The translations under genes were made by a program, and so were the position numbers. Below the pieces are notes generated by a model. That model had not been told where the DNA came from. It did not search any database and saw nothing but the letters and a program-made list of their open reading frames with translations. A stretch of DNA of 64,000 nucleotides from Ranitomeya imitator (lineage: Eukaryota). The number at the start of each line of letters is the position of its first letter. Within the stretch, counting starts at the first letter, position 1. The stretch is from the NCBI RefSeq assembly GCF_032444005.1, contig NC_091286.1, forward strand, positions 50,096,001 through 50,160,000. Reading direction: 5' to 3'. Shown in pieces: positions 10,451-23,013 of the stretch.

Positions 10451-13103
10451 GCCCTTCATGACCCAGCCTATTTTGACCTTAATGACCTGTCCATTTTTTG
10501 CAATTCTGACCAGTGTCCCTTTATGAGTTAATAACTCAGGAACGCTTCAACGGATCCTAGCAATTCTGAGATTGATTTTTTTCGTGACATATTGGGCTTC
10601 ATGTTAGTGGTAAATTTAGGTCGATAATTTTAAATTTCACAATTTTCAAATTTTGAATTTTTATTCTGTTAAACGAGAGAGTTATGTGACACAAAATAGT
10701 TAATAAATAGCATTACCCACATGTCTACTTTACATCAGCACAATTTTGGAAACAACATTTTTTTTGCTAGGAAGTTATAAGGGTTAAAATTTGACCAGCG
10801 ATTTCCCATTTTTACAACAAAATTTACAAAAGCATTTTTTTTATAGGGACCACCTCACATTTGAAGTCAGTTTGAGGGGTCTATATGGCTGAAAATACCC
10901 CAAAGTGACACCATTCTAAAAAGTGAACCCCTCAAGGTACTCAAAACCACATTCAAGAAGTTTATTAACCCCTCAGGTGCTTCACAGCAGAAAAGCAACA
11001 TGGAAGGAAAAAATAAACATTTAACTTTTTAGTCAAAAAAATTATCTTTTGGCAACAATTTTATTTTCCTAAGGGTAAAAGGAGAAACTGGACCCCAAAA
11101 GTTATTGTACAATTTGGCCGTATTATGCATATACCCCATATGTGGGGGTGGGGGGGAGGAAACCACTGTTTGGGCGCACGACAGGGCTCGGAAGGGAAGG
11201 AGCACTATTTGACTTTTTGAATGAAAAATTGGCTCCAATTTCCTTTAGCGGACACCATGTCACGTTTGGAGAGCTCCTGTGTGCCTAAAGATTGTAGCTC
11301 CCCCACAAGTGATCCCATTTTGGAAACTAGACCCCCCAAGGAACTTATCTAGATGCATAGTGAGCACTTTGAACCCCCAGGTGCTTCACAAACTGATCCG
11401 TAAAAATGAAAAAGTACTTTTTTTTTTTCACAAAAAATTTATTTTAGCCTCAATTTGTTCATTTTCACATGGGCAACAGAATAAAATGGATCCTAAAATT
11501 TGTTGGCCAATTTCTCCTGAGTACACGATACCTCACATGTGGGGGTAAACCACTGTTTGGGCACACGGCAGGGCTCGGAAGGGAAGTAGTGACGTTTTGA
11601 AATGCAGACTTTGATGGAATGGTCTGCGGGTGTCACGTTGCCTTTGCAGAGCCGTTGATGTGCCTAAACAGTAGAAACCCCTCACAAGTGACCGCATTTT
11701 TGAAAATAGACCCCCCAAGGAACTTATCTAGATATGTGGTGAGCACTTTGAACCCCCAAGTGCTTCACAGAAGTTTATAACAGCCATGAAAATAAAAAAT
11801 AATTTTGTTTCCCCACAAAAATAATTTTTTAGCCCCCATTTTTTTTTTTTTTCCCAAAGGTAACAGGAGAAATTAGACCCCCAAAGTTGTTGAGTATGCT
11901 TATGCCCCACTGTTTGGGCGCACGTCGGGGCTCGGAAGGTAGGGAGCACCATTTGACTTTTTGAACGGAAGATTGGCTGGAATCAATGGTGGCGCCATGT
12001 CGCGTTTGGAGACTCCTGATGTGCCTAAACAGTGGAAACCCCTCAATTTTAACTCCAACAGTAACCCCAACACACCCCTAACCCTAATCCCAACTCTAGC
12101 CATAACTCTAATTGCAACCCTAACCCCAACACCCCTAATCCCAACCATAACCCTAACCACAAGCCTAACCCTAACCCCAACACACCCCTAACCCTAATCT
12201 TAACCCTATTTCCAACCCATAACCCTAGTTCCAACCCTAACTCTAATTCCAACCCTAAGGCTATGTGCCCACGTTGCGGATTCGTGTGAGGATTTTTCCG
12301 CACCGTTTTTGAAAAATCCGCAGGTTGTAAAAGGCACTGCTCCCGCAAGCGCCGGTCAATCTGAATGGCCAGAGACATAGAATCACTCAGACCGGAAGGC
12401 GTGGGAAACCCCACCATAACATCTTTAACGGATTCAGAAAGACCCTTTTTGAAAATTGCCGCCAAAGCATCATCATTCCATTTAGTCAACACAGACCATT
12501 TTCTGAATTTCTGACAATACAATTCTGCCGCCTCTTGACCCTGAGACAGGGCCAACAAGGTCTTCTCAGCTTGATCCACAGAATTAGGTTCATCATATAA
12601 CAATTTCCAGTGTTTTTTGTACAGATTTCACCTGCGGATTCCTATTGAGGAACAGGTGTAAAATGCTGCGTAACCTGCACAAAGAATTGAGATGCTGCGG
12701 AAAATACAGCGCCGCGTTTCTGCGCTGTATTTTCCGCACCATGGGCACAGCGGATTTGGTGTTCCATAGGTTTACATGGTACTGTAAACGTGATGGAAAA
12801 CTGCTACGAATCTGCAGCGGCCAATAGGCTGCGGATCCACAGCCAAATCCGCACCATGTGCACATAGCCTATTTCTAACCCTAATTCTAACCCTAACCAC
12901 AACCCTAACCCTAATTGCAACTGTAACCCTAATTCTAACCCTAATTGCAACCCTATCGCTAATTGCAACCCTAACCCTAGTTCTAACCCTAGTGGAAAAA
13001 TAAAAGTAAATATATGTTCTTTATTTTATGTTCCTTACCTATGGGGGTGATAAAGGGGGGGGGGGGGTATTTACTTTTTTTATTTTGATCACTGTGATAG
13101 GTT
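10451..13103 (+). mobile_element. Large non-autonomous piggyBac-like element, right part lost
   Basis: TTAA|(C>G)CCCTTCATGACCCAGCCTATTTTG start; same family as 17868 and 24604-29983. Contains about 390-bp subrepeats, CCCTAA tracts and nested Harbinger-like MITEs. Confidence 0.75.
12341..12602 (-). mobile_element. Isolated Ty3/Gypsy gag fragment inserted as filler
   Basis: Translates LYDEPNSVDQAEKTLLALSQGQEAAELYCQKFRKW...WNDDALAAIFKKGLSESVKD...LAIQIDRRLRE (retrotransposon gag domain); no LTR. Confidence 0.85.
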
Positions 13104-14396
13104 CTCTGTGGAGTCCCTTTGCCAGATTCATGCCCCCGAAAATTATGCACCCCCTGTATCCAGCAGACGGTGAGGTCTAAAGGAAGGGTGGGGGCGGAGT
13201 GACATTAGGTCCAGATGGACGATATCACCTTTACTGTCCTCCCCAGGTAGCAGAAGAATCTTTGAATGTGGCAAGCCTAAAAGAGATGGTCAGAGCGGAA
13301 GTGAGGGAATTCCTGAGGTCCCTGTCCCAAGCGGGAAGTTCAAAATACAAGGCCCCTTCGGACTCTGATTCTTCAGAAGGGGAAAGAGAAGAGGGTTCCT
13401 ATGATTCAGTTCCCTCATCCTCTTCGTCAGAAGAAGACTCTGGCCGGTTCTGCCTGCCTCTGGATCGGGTAGACAAGCTAGTAAAATCAGTCAGAGGAAC
13501 GATGGGCATAGCCGAACCTAAATTGCAGCTTGCCAAACAAGAGATGATGTTCAGCGGGCTGGATCAAAGAAAGCGTAGGTCTTTCCCGTTGAACGATAAA
13601 ATTCAGGAACTAATTTTTGGGGAATGGCAAAAAACCTGAAAAAAATGGGTTCTTTACCACCGGGCTGAAGTGCAGATACCCCTTCGACGATCCAGCAGTT
13701 AACACTTGGGACAAGGCCCCTAAATTAGGTGCTGCAGTGGCAAAAGCATCAAAGAAAGCCTCAATACCATTTGAGGATATGGGGGACCCTTAAAGATCCC
13801 CTTGATAGGAAGGCAGACACCTTCCTTAAGGATACCTGGGAAATGGCAGCCGGTTCTCTTAAGACCAGCAGTAGCAGCAACTTGTACGGCCAGATCCTTG
13901 ATGGTCTGGCTGGATCAGTTGGAGTCCCAGCTGAAAGAGGGTGCTTCCAAAGATATAATTCTGAATGCTCTACCAGTGATTCAAGAGGCCGCTGCCTTCC
14001 TATCGGACACCTCAGTTTCATTTAAAATGGCGGCCAGAGCAGCGGGACTTTCTAACGCGGCTCGTAGAGCCTTGTGGTTGAAATGCTGGTCGGGGAACAT
14101 TCAGAAGTGATCAAAACTCTGCGCTATTCCATGCAAAGGGGAGTATCTGTTCGGTCCGACCCTAGATGACTTGCTGGAGAAAGCAGGGGATGACCAGATA
14201 AAATTCCCTAACTTATCATCTGTGTCCTACCGTCGTCCTTTCAAACAGAAAGAGATTTGGTCAGGGAAGAAAGCGCACATTGTCACCCACTAGAGACCAT
14301 TTTAGATGGGAGGATAAATGCAGAATAGGTACGGGCTTTATGTTCCGCCGTTCCTCAAGAGAGCGCAAAAACCTGACCAATGACAAGCGATTCCTT

Positions 14397-16262
14397 TGGG
14401 GGGAGATTGTCGGCCTTCTTTTCAGCATAGTCAGAAATCACAAATAGTGATTGGGTGCGGAGTATAATATCGGATGGACTCAGACTTGAGTTTAGTCACC
14501 TTCCACAAGATAAATTTAAATTAACTCCCTTGCGCTCTTCTCCCCTTGAACAAACAACATTGGAAGCGGAAGTTGTGAACTTGTGCCTTAGGAGTTCTGA
14601 TTGAGGTTCCAGAATCTGAGAGAGGTAGAGGATTCTACTCTCCTCTATTTCTTATTCAAAAACCAGACAAATCATTTAGAACCATTATAAACCTTAAGTC
14701 TCTTAATGAGTTTCTGGTTAATAGAGCCTTCAAAATGGAATTAATCAGTTCAACAATAAAGATGCTGTTTAAAAACTGTTTCATGGTAGACGTAGATTTA
14801 AAAGACGCGTATTATCATGTACCTATCCATGAAGAATTCCAGAAATTCCTAAGGGTGGCGGTTCTTATGGGAGTATTATTTCGCCATTTTCAGTTTAGGG
14901 CACTTTCCTTCGGTCTATCAGCTGCCCCTAGGGTGTTTACAAAGATAGTTTCTGAGGTCATGGCGCATTTACGAGAATCCAATATTCTTGTTATCCCCTA
15001 TTTAGATGATTTCCTTATAGTGGGGAATTCAGCAGACCAATGCCTATCACAAGTAGGAATGGCTAGGGCCAGAGTAGAACACCTAGGCTGGATTATAAAT
15101 TATGAGAAATCCCGGTTACAGCCCCTAAATAATCAGAGATTCCTAGGTCTACTGTTAGATTCAGAGACCCAGCAATGTTGTCTTCCGCCAGATAAGTTAT
15201 TACATATTCAACAACAGGTGTTAAAGGCGATCGATAGACCCTCCATGACCCTTAGGCAAGCTATGTCCCTGTTAGGACCCCTGATTTCATGTATCCCAGC
15301 TGTCCGATGGGCTCAGTTTCACACTAGACCTTTACAGTCAGAGGTGCTGGTTAATGATAGAGCCTTAGAAGGGTCCTTGCAGGGTCAGATAATATTCAGT
15401 CCATTAACCCTTACGTCTCTTAGATGGTGGCTAAATAACTTATCTGCAGGTGTTCCCTGGGTGACACACGTGACTCGTGTAATAACCACAGATGCTAGTC
15501 CTTCGGGTTGGGGGGCCCATATGGGTGACATTTTGGTTCAGGGGCAATGGGTCTTCCAGGTGAGAGCTTCATCCAATCAGTGGGAGTTAATGGCAATTGA
15601 ACTATCAGTTAAAAAAACTCCTTGTATATCTACAGGGTCACCATGTCAAGATCCTCGCGGACAACCAGGTGGCAGTGGCTTATGTAAATCACCAAGGTGG
15701 AACGCATTCCGAGACTCTGACGCAAGTGGCGGATCGCCTATTCCAAACAGCAGAAAAACCTTTTCAATCTTTAACTGCACTTCATATCAGAGGGAAGGAA
15801 AACTTAAAGGCAGACTTCCTGAGCCACAATACTCTAAGGCAAGGAGAATGGTCTCTGAACATCTTCTATCAGATTGTCTGCAAATGAGGTCAACCAGAGG
15901 TGGACTACTTTGCCACCAGAGACAACAGAAAAGTGAGAAAATTCTGTTCCCTAAACCCCAGGGAGAATCCTCTGGTAGTGGACGCCTTTTTGATAAGATG
16001 GGATTTTTCTTTGGCTTACACATTCCCACCATTGACCCTGTTGCCTCTAGTGGTGAGGAAAATCAGGGAGGATCAGGCAAGAGTCATACGAATTTCCCCG
16101 TTCTGGCCCAGGAGGGCCTGGTTAGCGTGGCTCAGGACTATGTCAGTAGGCGACCACTGGGTGCTTCCAGACATTCCGGACTTGCTCTACCAGGAACCGA
16201 TCAGCCATCCACAAGTGAAGGGACTCCATTTATCGGTATGGAATTTGAAAGGTCATTGTTAA
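14397..16262 (+). pseudogene. DIRS pol (RT-RNase H-MT), frameshifted
   Basis: RT frame 14735-15600, frameshift into RNase H 15597-15887, stop, then MT domain 15900-16262. Confidence 0.88.
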
Positions 16263-16436
16263 AAGACAGAGGCTTCTCCCCAAATTTAGTAGATACCCTT
16301 CTGAAAAGTAGAAAACAAATCACAACAAAGATCTACTCTAGAACCTGGAAGAAGTTTCTGGCCACTTCAGATTTTAACGTTGAAGAAGGGGTGCCGATAC
16401 GTCAGATCTTAGAATTTCTTAAAAAGGGGTTGGAGT

Positions 16437-17641
16437 ACCACAAACAAAATTGAACATATTACTAAATTCCCCCTTCAGGTACTAATTCGTATTTTCAAAA
16501 AACCCCTACCTAAAATCTGGCATGACTCAGAAATAAAGAGAATTGGAAACATTTTTAATGGTAACAGTTTTCTCACTTTTAGTGAGATGAAAGCAAAATA
16601 CAACCTTCCCTCATCCGAACTAATGGTCTATTTTATGTTAAAAGAGGCCATTCAAAAAATTATGCTAGGAAAAACTATGGATCTGGAAACTTTTGCTTCA
16701 CTGCTGTGCAGTCCTAACAACAAAAATATATGGAGCCTAAAGAGCCTCTATAGATGCTTTGCCAAAGACCGCAATTCTAAAAATGTATACATGAAAAGAT
16801 GGGAGGCTGATATCAATAAGGAATTTACAGCTGAGCAATGGGACAGCGCTATAGTCAGTACATACAGGTCTAATATCTCCATGGCCTTGCATGAGTCCTT
16901 TTTTAAAGTCATGACGAGGTGGTACCTGACACCCGTAAGAATGTCTCACATGAATCACGAACATTCTTCTCTTTGTTGGAGAGGATGTGGGCTCCTGGGT
17001 AGTGTATATCACTTGTTTTGGGTTTGTCCAAAAATTATCAAATTATTTGCTACAGGTAGCGAAACACATTGCCTCGTTTGTTGATAATTTCACAATTACT
17101 CCACAGAGCGCGTTGTTATCCCTTGACTTAGACCAGTTTCACGTTTTGGTGAGACTGGTTATCATACACATTTTCTTAGTGGTTAAAAATGCAATAGCCT
17201 TTTACTGGAAAAAATCCAGTCCTCCCACGTTGAAGGACATTATCGATCAGGTACACCTACACCGCACCCTAGAATGGAGATTTGCTTTGAACAATAATAA
17301 TGTTTCCAAGTACTTCAAAAAATGGAGAGTTTGGAGTGACAAATTCTGCATTACTTAACTTGCTGGTTGTTTTATCTGGTTTTATGATCCAGCGGTGCCG
17401 TCTTTATCTCCTTCCACAAAAATTATTCTTTTCTGTGTTTTTGTGTTTCAGGGATCGAAATACCTATAATATTAACACTGTTAAAGTTAATGTTTGAAAT
17501 GTGAAATGTGCATTGTGAGTTCTCTAAATTTTAATTATTCTTGAATGCTTCATATCCCACCCTTTCCTTCCCCTATCCTCCCTTCCCCTTATTACAAAAA
17601 CTTCAATAAAAACACACATATATAAAAAAAAAAAAAAAAAA
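16437..17641 (+). mobile_element. 5'-truncated L1-clade LINE 3' end
   Basis: ORF2 C-terminal zinc-binding motif CWRGCG...GSVYHLFWVCP; AATAAA at 17605 and poly(A). 16-bp target duplication AAAAAGGGGTTGGAGT / AAAAAGGGTTTGGAGT (1 mismatch) at a TT|AAAA site. Confidence 0.92.
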
Positions 17642-17867
17642 GGGTTTGGAGTTAAATCTTTCCACAAGTACACTAAAAGTACAGATCTCAGCCCTGGGTG
17701 CCCTGCTCTCTTGTAACATTGCCAATAACTTGGGTTTCGAGGTTTATTAAGGCAGCTGGTAGAGCTAGACCCATACACAAAAATAAAACCGTACCATGGG
17801 ATCTTAACCTAGTCCTTTCAACTTTGACAAAGGAACCGTTCAAACCCTTACATTTAGCCTCAATTAA

Positions 17868-19450
17868 CCCCTTCATGACCCAGCCTATTTTGACCTTCAT
17901 GATCTGGCCGTTTTTTGCAATTCTGACCAGTGTCCCTTTATGAGGTAATAACTTAGGAACGCTTCAACGGATCCTAGCGGTTCTGAGACAGTTTTTTCGT
18001 GACATATTGGGCTTCACGATAGTGGTAAATTTAGGTCGATAATTTTTGCGTTTTTGTGTGTGAAAAAAATGGAAATTTGGCTAAAATTTTGAAAATTTCG
18101 CAATTTTGAATTTTTATTCTGTTAAACGAGAGTTACACAAAATAGTTAATAAATAACATTAACCACATGTCTACTTTACATCAGCACAATTTTGGAAACA
18201 AATTTTTTTTTTTGCTAGGAAGTTATAAGAGTTAAAATTTGACCAGCGATTTCTCATTTTTACAACGAAATTTACAAAACCATTTTTTTTAGGGACCACC
18301 TCACATTTGAAGTCAGTTTGAGGGGTCTATATGGCTGAAAATACCCCAAACTGACACCATTCTAAAAACTGCACCCCTCAAGGTGCTCAAAACCACATTC
18401 AAGAAGTTTATTAACCCTTCAAGTGCTTCGCAGCAGTAGAAGCAACATGGAAGGAAAAAATGAACATTTAACTGTTTAGTCAAAAAAATGATCTTTTAGC
18501 AACAATTTTTTTTTTATTTTCCCAAGGGTAAAAAGAGAAACTGGACCCCAAAAGTTATTGTACAATTTGTCCTGAGTACGCCAATACCCCTTATGTGTGG
18601 GGAATCCACTGTTTGGGCACACGACAGGGCTCTGAAGGGAAGGAGCGCCATTTGACTTTTTCAATGAAAAATTGGCTCCAATCATTAGCGGACACCCTGT
18701 CGCGTTTGGAGAGCCCCTGTGTGCCTAAACATTGGAGCTCCCCCACAAGTGACCCCATTTTGGAAACTAGACCCTCCAAGGAACTTATCTAGATGCATAG
18801 TGAGCACTTTGAACCCCCAGGTGCTTCACAAATTGATCCGTAAAAATGAAAAATTACTTTTTTTTTCACAAAAAATTTCTTTTAGCCTCAATTTGTTCAT
18901 TTCCGCATGGGCAACAGGATAAAATGGATCCTAAAATTTATTGGGCAATTTCTCCTGAGTACATTGATACCTCACATGTGGGGGTAAACCACTGTTTGGG
19001 CACACGGCAGGGCTCGGAAGGGAAGGAGCGCCATTTGACTTTTTGAATGAAAAATTAGCTCCAATCGTTGGCGGACACCATGTCGCGTTTGGAGAGCCCC
19101 TGTGTGCCTAAACATTGGAGCTCCCCCACATGTGACCCCATTTTGGAAACTAGACCTCCCATGGAACTAACCTAGATGTGCGATGACCACTTTAAACCCC
19201 CAAGTGCTTCACAGAAGTTTATAACGCAGAGCCGTGAAAATAAAAAATCATTTTTCTTTCCTCAAAAATTATTTTTTAGCCTGCAATTTTTTATTTTTAT
19301 AAGAGTAACAGGAGAAATTGGACATCAAAAGTTGTTGTCCAGTTTGTCTTGAGTACGCTGATACCCCATATTTTGGGGGGGGAACCTTTGTTTGGGCACA
19401 CGTCGGGGCTCGGAATGGAAGTAGTGACGTTTTGGAATGCAGACTTTGAT
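17868..19450 (+). mobile_element. Non-autonomous piggyBac-like element (truncated) inserted into DIRS YR
   Basis: TTAA (17864-67)|CCCCTTCATGACCCAGCCTATTTTG; collinear with 10451 onward. Confidence 0.8.
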
Positions 19451-20710
19451 GTTAAAGAATGTTCTGATGAAGGTCCTGTGACGGACCAAAAACATTCATA
19501 ACCATTTTTGTCTGGATACACAAATAAAAGGAAGCTCTTTTTTGTTCAAATACTGAGTGCCAAGTTTATTATTATATTTTGACGGGTTGGATGCCTGACT
19601 TGAGCACCAACAACACCTTTACTATAGAGTGCCGTGTTAGTCTATACTATTCGATCCCTTGAATGTGCCACCCATGTCCAGTATGAAGTGGTTCACCAAT
19701 GCTGCCCAGAATTGGAATGATGACAAGACAGCATGATTCTTTTCTTGTGCTGCTTCCACATAAAACGTCCACAAAAGTAACCTTTTTTTTAATGCGGTTT
19801 TAGGTGTCCTTTTATAGGGGTACATTTCTGAGCTATTGCAATGATTGAGGTGTGCGCTTGGCACATTTATTGGAGAGAGGGGGGACATCAAGCGTAATAG
19901 GGTCTTATCCAGTGGAGAAATTAGTCTAGGCGAGAAGTAAAGGAAATGTCCACCTATTGGGCAACTGAGGAATTATGGTATGACAGCTTCTGCAGTACCC
20001 TCAGGTGGGAGATCCCACCATGTAGGAGGCTAGGAGTAATAATCGGCGCTACTGTGCTAGACTTGAGAAATCCTGAGGACATTGTCAAGGATTGGAACAT
20101 GCGTTTTCTCCTCCACGCGTTTCGAAGTTGAACCAACGTCTTCATGAGGAGATCCACAATCCTATGAGTCTTCTGATTGTGAAGTTGGTTCTGCTTCGAA
20201 ACACGTTGAGAATAAACCGCATGGTCTAATCCTTTAAATTGTCCTCCAGGTTTCTTGAATGTAACATAGCTCAGACTACTACTCCTATCCTCCAAGCACT
20301 TGTCAGATTTATTGAACGTATCTATAGGTTTCGGAACTTTCTTTAATGCCTTTTCAGGGGGTTTGACCAGATTCATTTCTACTGTGGGCCACCATAAAAA
20401 AAATTCAGCCTTACATATTTTTAAAGAGAACTTGACAAGCAGATTCATGGTACCTAAGCCTGAATCTGATGCCTGCGGCTCTGTTACAGCCAGGTATGGT
20501 TTACTCTGAAACACTGCAGCATTTCGGAGAAGATCTTTTTGGAAGAGCTTCTGGGGAATGTGTCTCAGCTGACTAGACCCTGATGGCTTCTGTCCCCAGG
20601 CTTCCCTACTAGACTGACCAGTCTTTCCCAATGTGTGACCTGTCAATCAAGGGTAACAGAGTGGGGATATATCTCCGGGTGCCGGCCTCGGACTTATCAC
20701 CCCGTCTGGC
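19451..20710. mobile_element. Penelope-like element pLTR remnants with three degenerate hammerhead motifs
   Basis: CTGATGA-AGGTCC..GGACC-AAAAC (+, 19464); CTCATGA...CGAAACGCGT (-, 20110-20150); CTGA..TGAAG...CGAAACACGT-AATAAA (+, 20172). The right boundary is approximate. Confidence 0.6.
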
Positions 20711-21213
20711 TCTTTAAAATATTTTTTTTATGAAATGCCACAGTGTCTTAGAGTAAAACATACATACAGTAACTGTAATAAAGCAGTCGTCTCATTAACG
20801 CATCACATATCCGATAACAGGTGCCATTAGGCTATACAGGAGGTATACTTTGGGGACTATTCCATAAGAATATGTCTGATGCAAGGCTCTACTGTAATGT
20901 GAACAGAGTCTTACATGAAACATTGTTTTCTACATTGTAAGTACACAGCTTTCCTTTCCCTTTTCGATCCCCCCCTGCTGCTTTTTCCTTTTAGAGCGTC
21001 TCCTTGTGAGGCGAAGTAAAAAATGAATATTGTATTCAGCAGCCAAATTATCTGGCGACTGTTAGGATGGTTTGCTTGATGCAAGAAGCGATAAACTGAG
21101 CAACTTCACTGAATGGATTAGCTGTTTTTTTCTGCAATAACTGCTATAAACCTAGATTGCTTCCAGAGGAAATGTTCTATTAGAACTTTTAACTTTTTTT
21201 TTTTCTTTTCCAG

Positions 21214-21321
21214 ATCCACAGAAGCAAAAATAAGTGGAAATTCTACTTAAAAGATGGAGTCATGTGCTTTGGAGGAAAAGACTATATTTTTTCAAAGGCC
21301 ATCGGCGAGGCAGAATGGTGA
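21214..21321 (+). CDS. GTF2A1L: GTF2A1L last coding exon
   Basis: Polypyrimidine + CAG acceptor; IHRSKNKWKFYLKDGVMCFGGKDYIFSKAIGEAEW-TGA. The CFGG motif is ALF-type rather than GTF2A1-type. Confidence 0.97.
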   Translation: MHRSKNKWKFYLKDGVMCFGGKDYIFSKAIGEAEW

Positions 21322-22057
21322 ATTTGGATGAAGTGCACATCGCATTGCCTTATTTCCATAAAGTCTTTATTTTTGTTGTCTTTTGAAAAATCCCTTTTAG
21401 TTAAAAAAAAAAAAAGGCATTAACCCATAAATTGCTCATAGGCTTTTTCTTGTTTTCTGTTGTTCTTTTGTTAGAATTTTTACCTGAGAGCTGCCATCCT
21501 TTATTCTTTGAAATTGGAGGCATTGGGTTTGTTGAAAGTGAATCTTCTTAGTTTTTTTATTTAGTTCCAATATTTTTCCAAGTTTTTGTTATTTTCAAAT
21601 ACAGAGCTCCATAGTCCCTTATATTGCCACTAAATTTCCGTATGCGCGCTGCATACATAAATACATAGATCTTAGACCGTATGATGCTAGTGTACTTGCT
21701 TTGAAAATCTACGTCACAACAGCTGTGTATGATCCTGTTTGAAAGCAAGAGAGTGAGAAAGCTCATATCAGTACTGGTGTTTTATATGCCAGTGTCGATA
21801 ACCTGCACTGGAGTAAGATGTGCCAAACAAGCATACTCCTCTTAATGAATTTGGTGCAACACTGCAAAAAATATACTCCGGTCAGCGATTGGGGTACATT
21901 TCTGTCATTTACACAACTTTTGTTATGTTAATTCTGATGAATTTGTCAGCCGAGTTCACCTACCCTTTCCAACTTTGGGACCTTTAAGAAAACAAAAAAA
22001 TGCGAACTACAAGATGTGGAAAAAAAGTCAGATTACAAGTTTTGAATCAAAGCTAAA

Positions 22058-23013
22058 GGGTATGTTCACACGTTCCTGATTTCCATCCTTTTTTTTTCAG
22101 GACTGTTTTTTAAAAAACTGCAGCTCTTGGCAGAAAACGCAGGTCCTTTTTTTGGTCCTTTTTTGGTCCTTTTTTGATGCGTTTTTTGATGCAGTTTTCT
22201 AGCCAGAGTCTGTGTGTTTTCTAGGAATTTTTTTTAGGGTTAAAATGGCTGAAAATACCCTAACCCTACCCCTAACCCTACCCCTAACCCTAACCCTATT
22301 CTAACCTTAGTGAAAAAAAAAAAAAAAATTATTTTTTTTATTGTCCCTACCTATGGGGGTGACAAAGGGGGGGGGGGGTCATTTACTATTTTTTTTATTT
22401 TGATCACTGAGATAGGTTATATCTCAGTGATCAAAATGCACTTTGTAACGAATCTGCCGGCCGGCAGATTCGGCGGGCGCACTGCGCATGCGCCCGCCAT
22501 TTTGCAAGACGGCGGCGCCCAGGGAGAAGACGGCCGGACGGACACCGGGAGGCCGGGTAAGTATAAGGGGGGGAGATTAGAGCACGGGGGTGACATCGGA
22601 GCACGGGGGAGGGGCATCGGAGCATGGGGGGGTGGGATCGGGGCAGCCACACTCCACCCACGCACTTCCGCCCGCTTCCCCGCACTTCCTGCTGCAGCGG
22701 TTCTGCACCACGAACCGCAATAAAACCCGCAGATCTATTTTTGATCTGCGGGTTTTACTGCGGGTTTCACCTCACAATGGAGGTCTATGGGTGCAGAACC
22801 GCTGCTGTTTTACAAAAAGAAGTGACATGGTACTTCTTTTTTACCGCAGCTAATCAGTGCGGTTTTTTTTTTTCAATTCAGGACCATGTGCACAGTGGGT
22901 CCTGTTTTCCATAGGGTACAGTGTACTGTACCCTGCATGGAAAACAGCCGCGGAACCGCAGCGGCAAAACCGCTGCGTTTCCGCGGTAAAAAACGCACTG
23001 TGTGAACATGGCC
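22058..23013 (+). mobile_element. Composite Harbinger-like MITE with captured CCCTAA/YY1 module
   Basis: GGGTATGTTCACAC...GTGTGAACATGGCC|TAA; near-identical copy at 43670-44677. Confidence 0.8.

Larger units (their letters stand above)
13104..17867 (+). mobile_element. DIRS-type tyrosine-recombinase retrotransposon, truncated at both ends, interrupted by L1
   Basis: Gag-like ORFs 13199-14110; RT with PYLDDFL; RNase H (TTDASPSGWGAH...DNQVAVAYVNHQGG); methyltransferase-like domain (AYTFPP); overlapping YR N-terminus that resumes after the L1 (GLE...STLKVQISAL...VPWDLNLVL). Confidence 0.93.

Noticed and set aside
12050-12260. True telomere or chromosome-fusion scar
   Set aside because: Degenerate, short, and at fixed positions inside transposon copies.
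19954-20646. 230-aa minus-strand ORF
   Set aside because: No recognisable domain; spans degenerate hammerhead/pLTR sequence.
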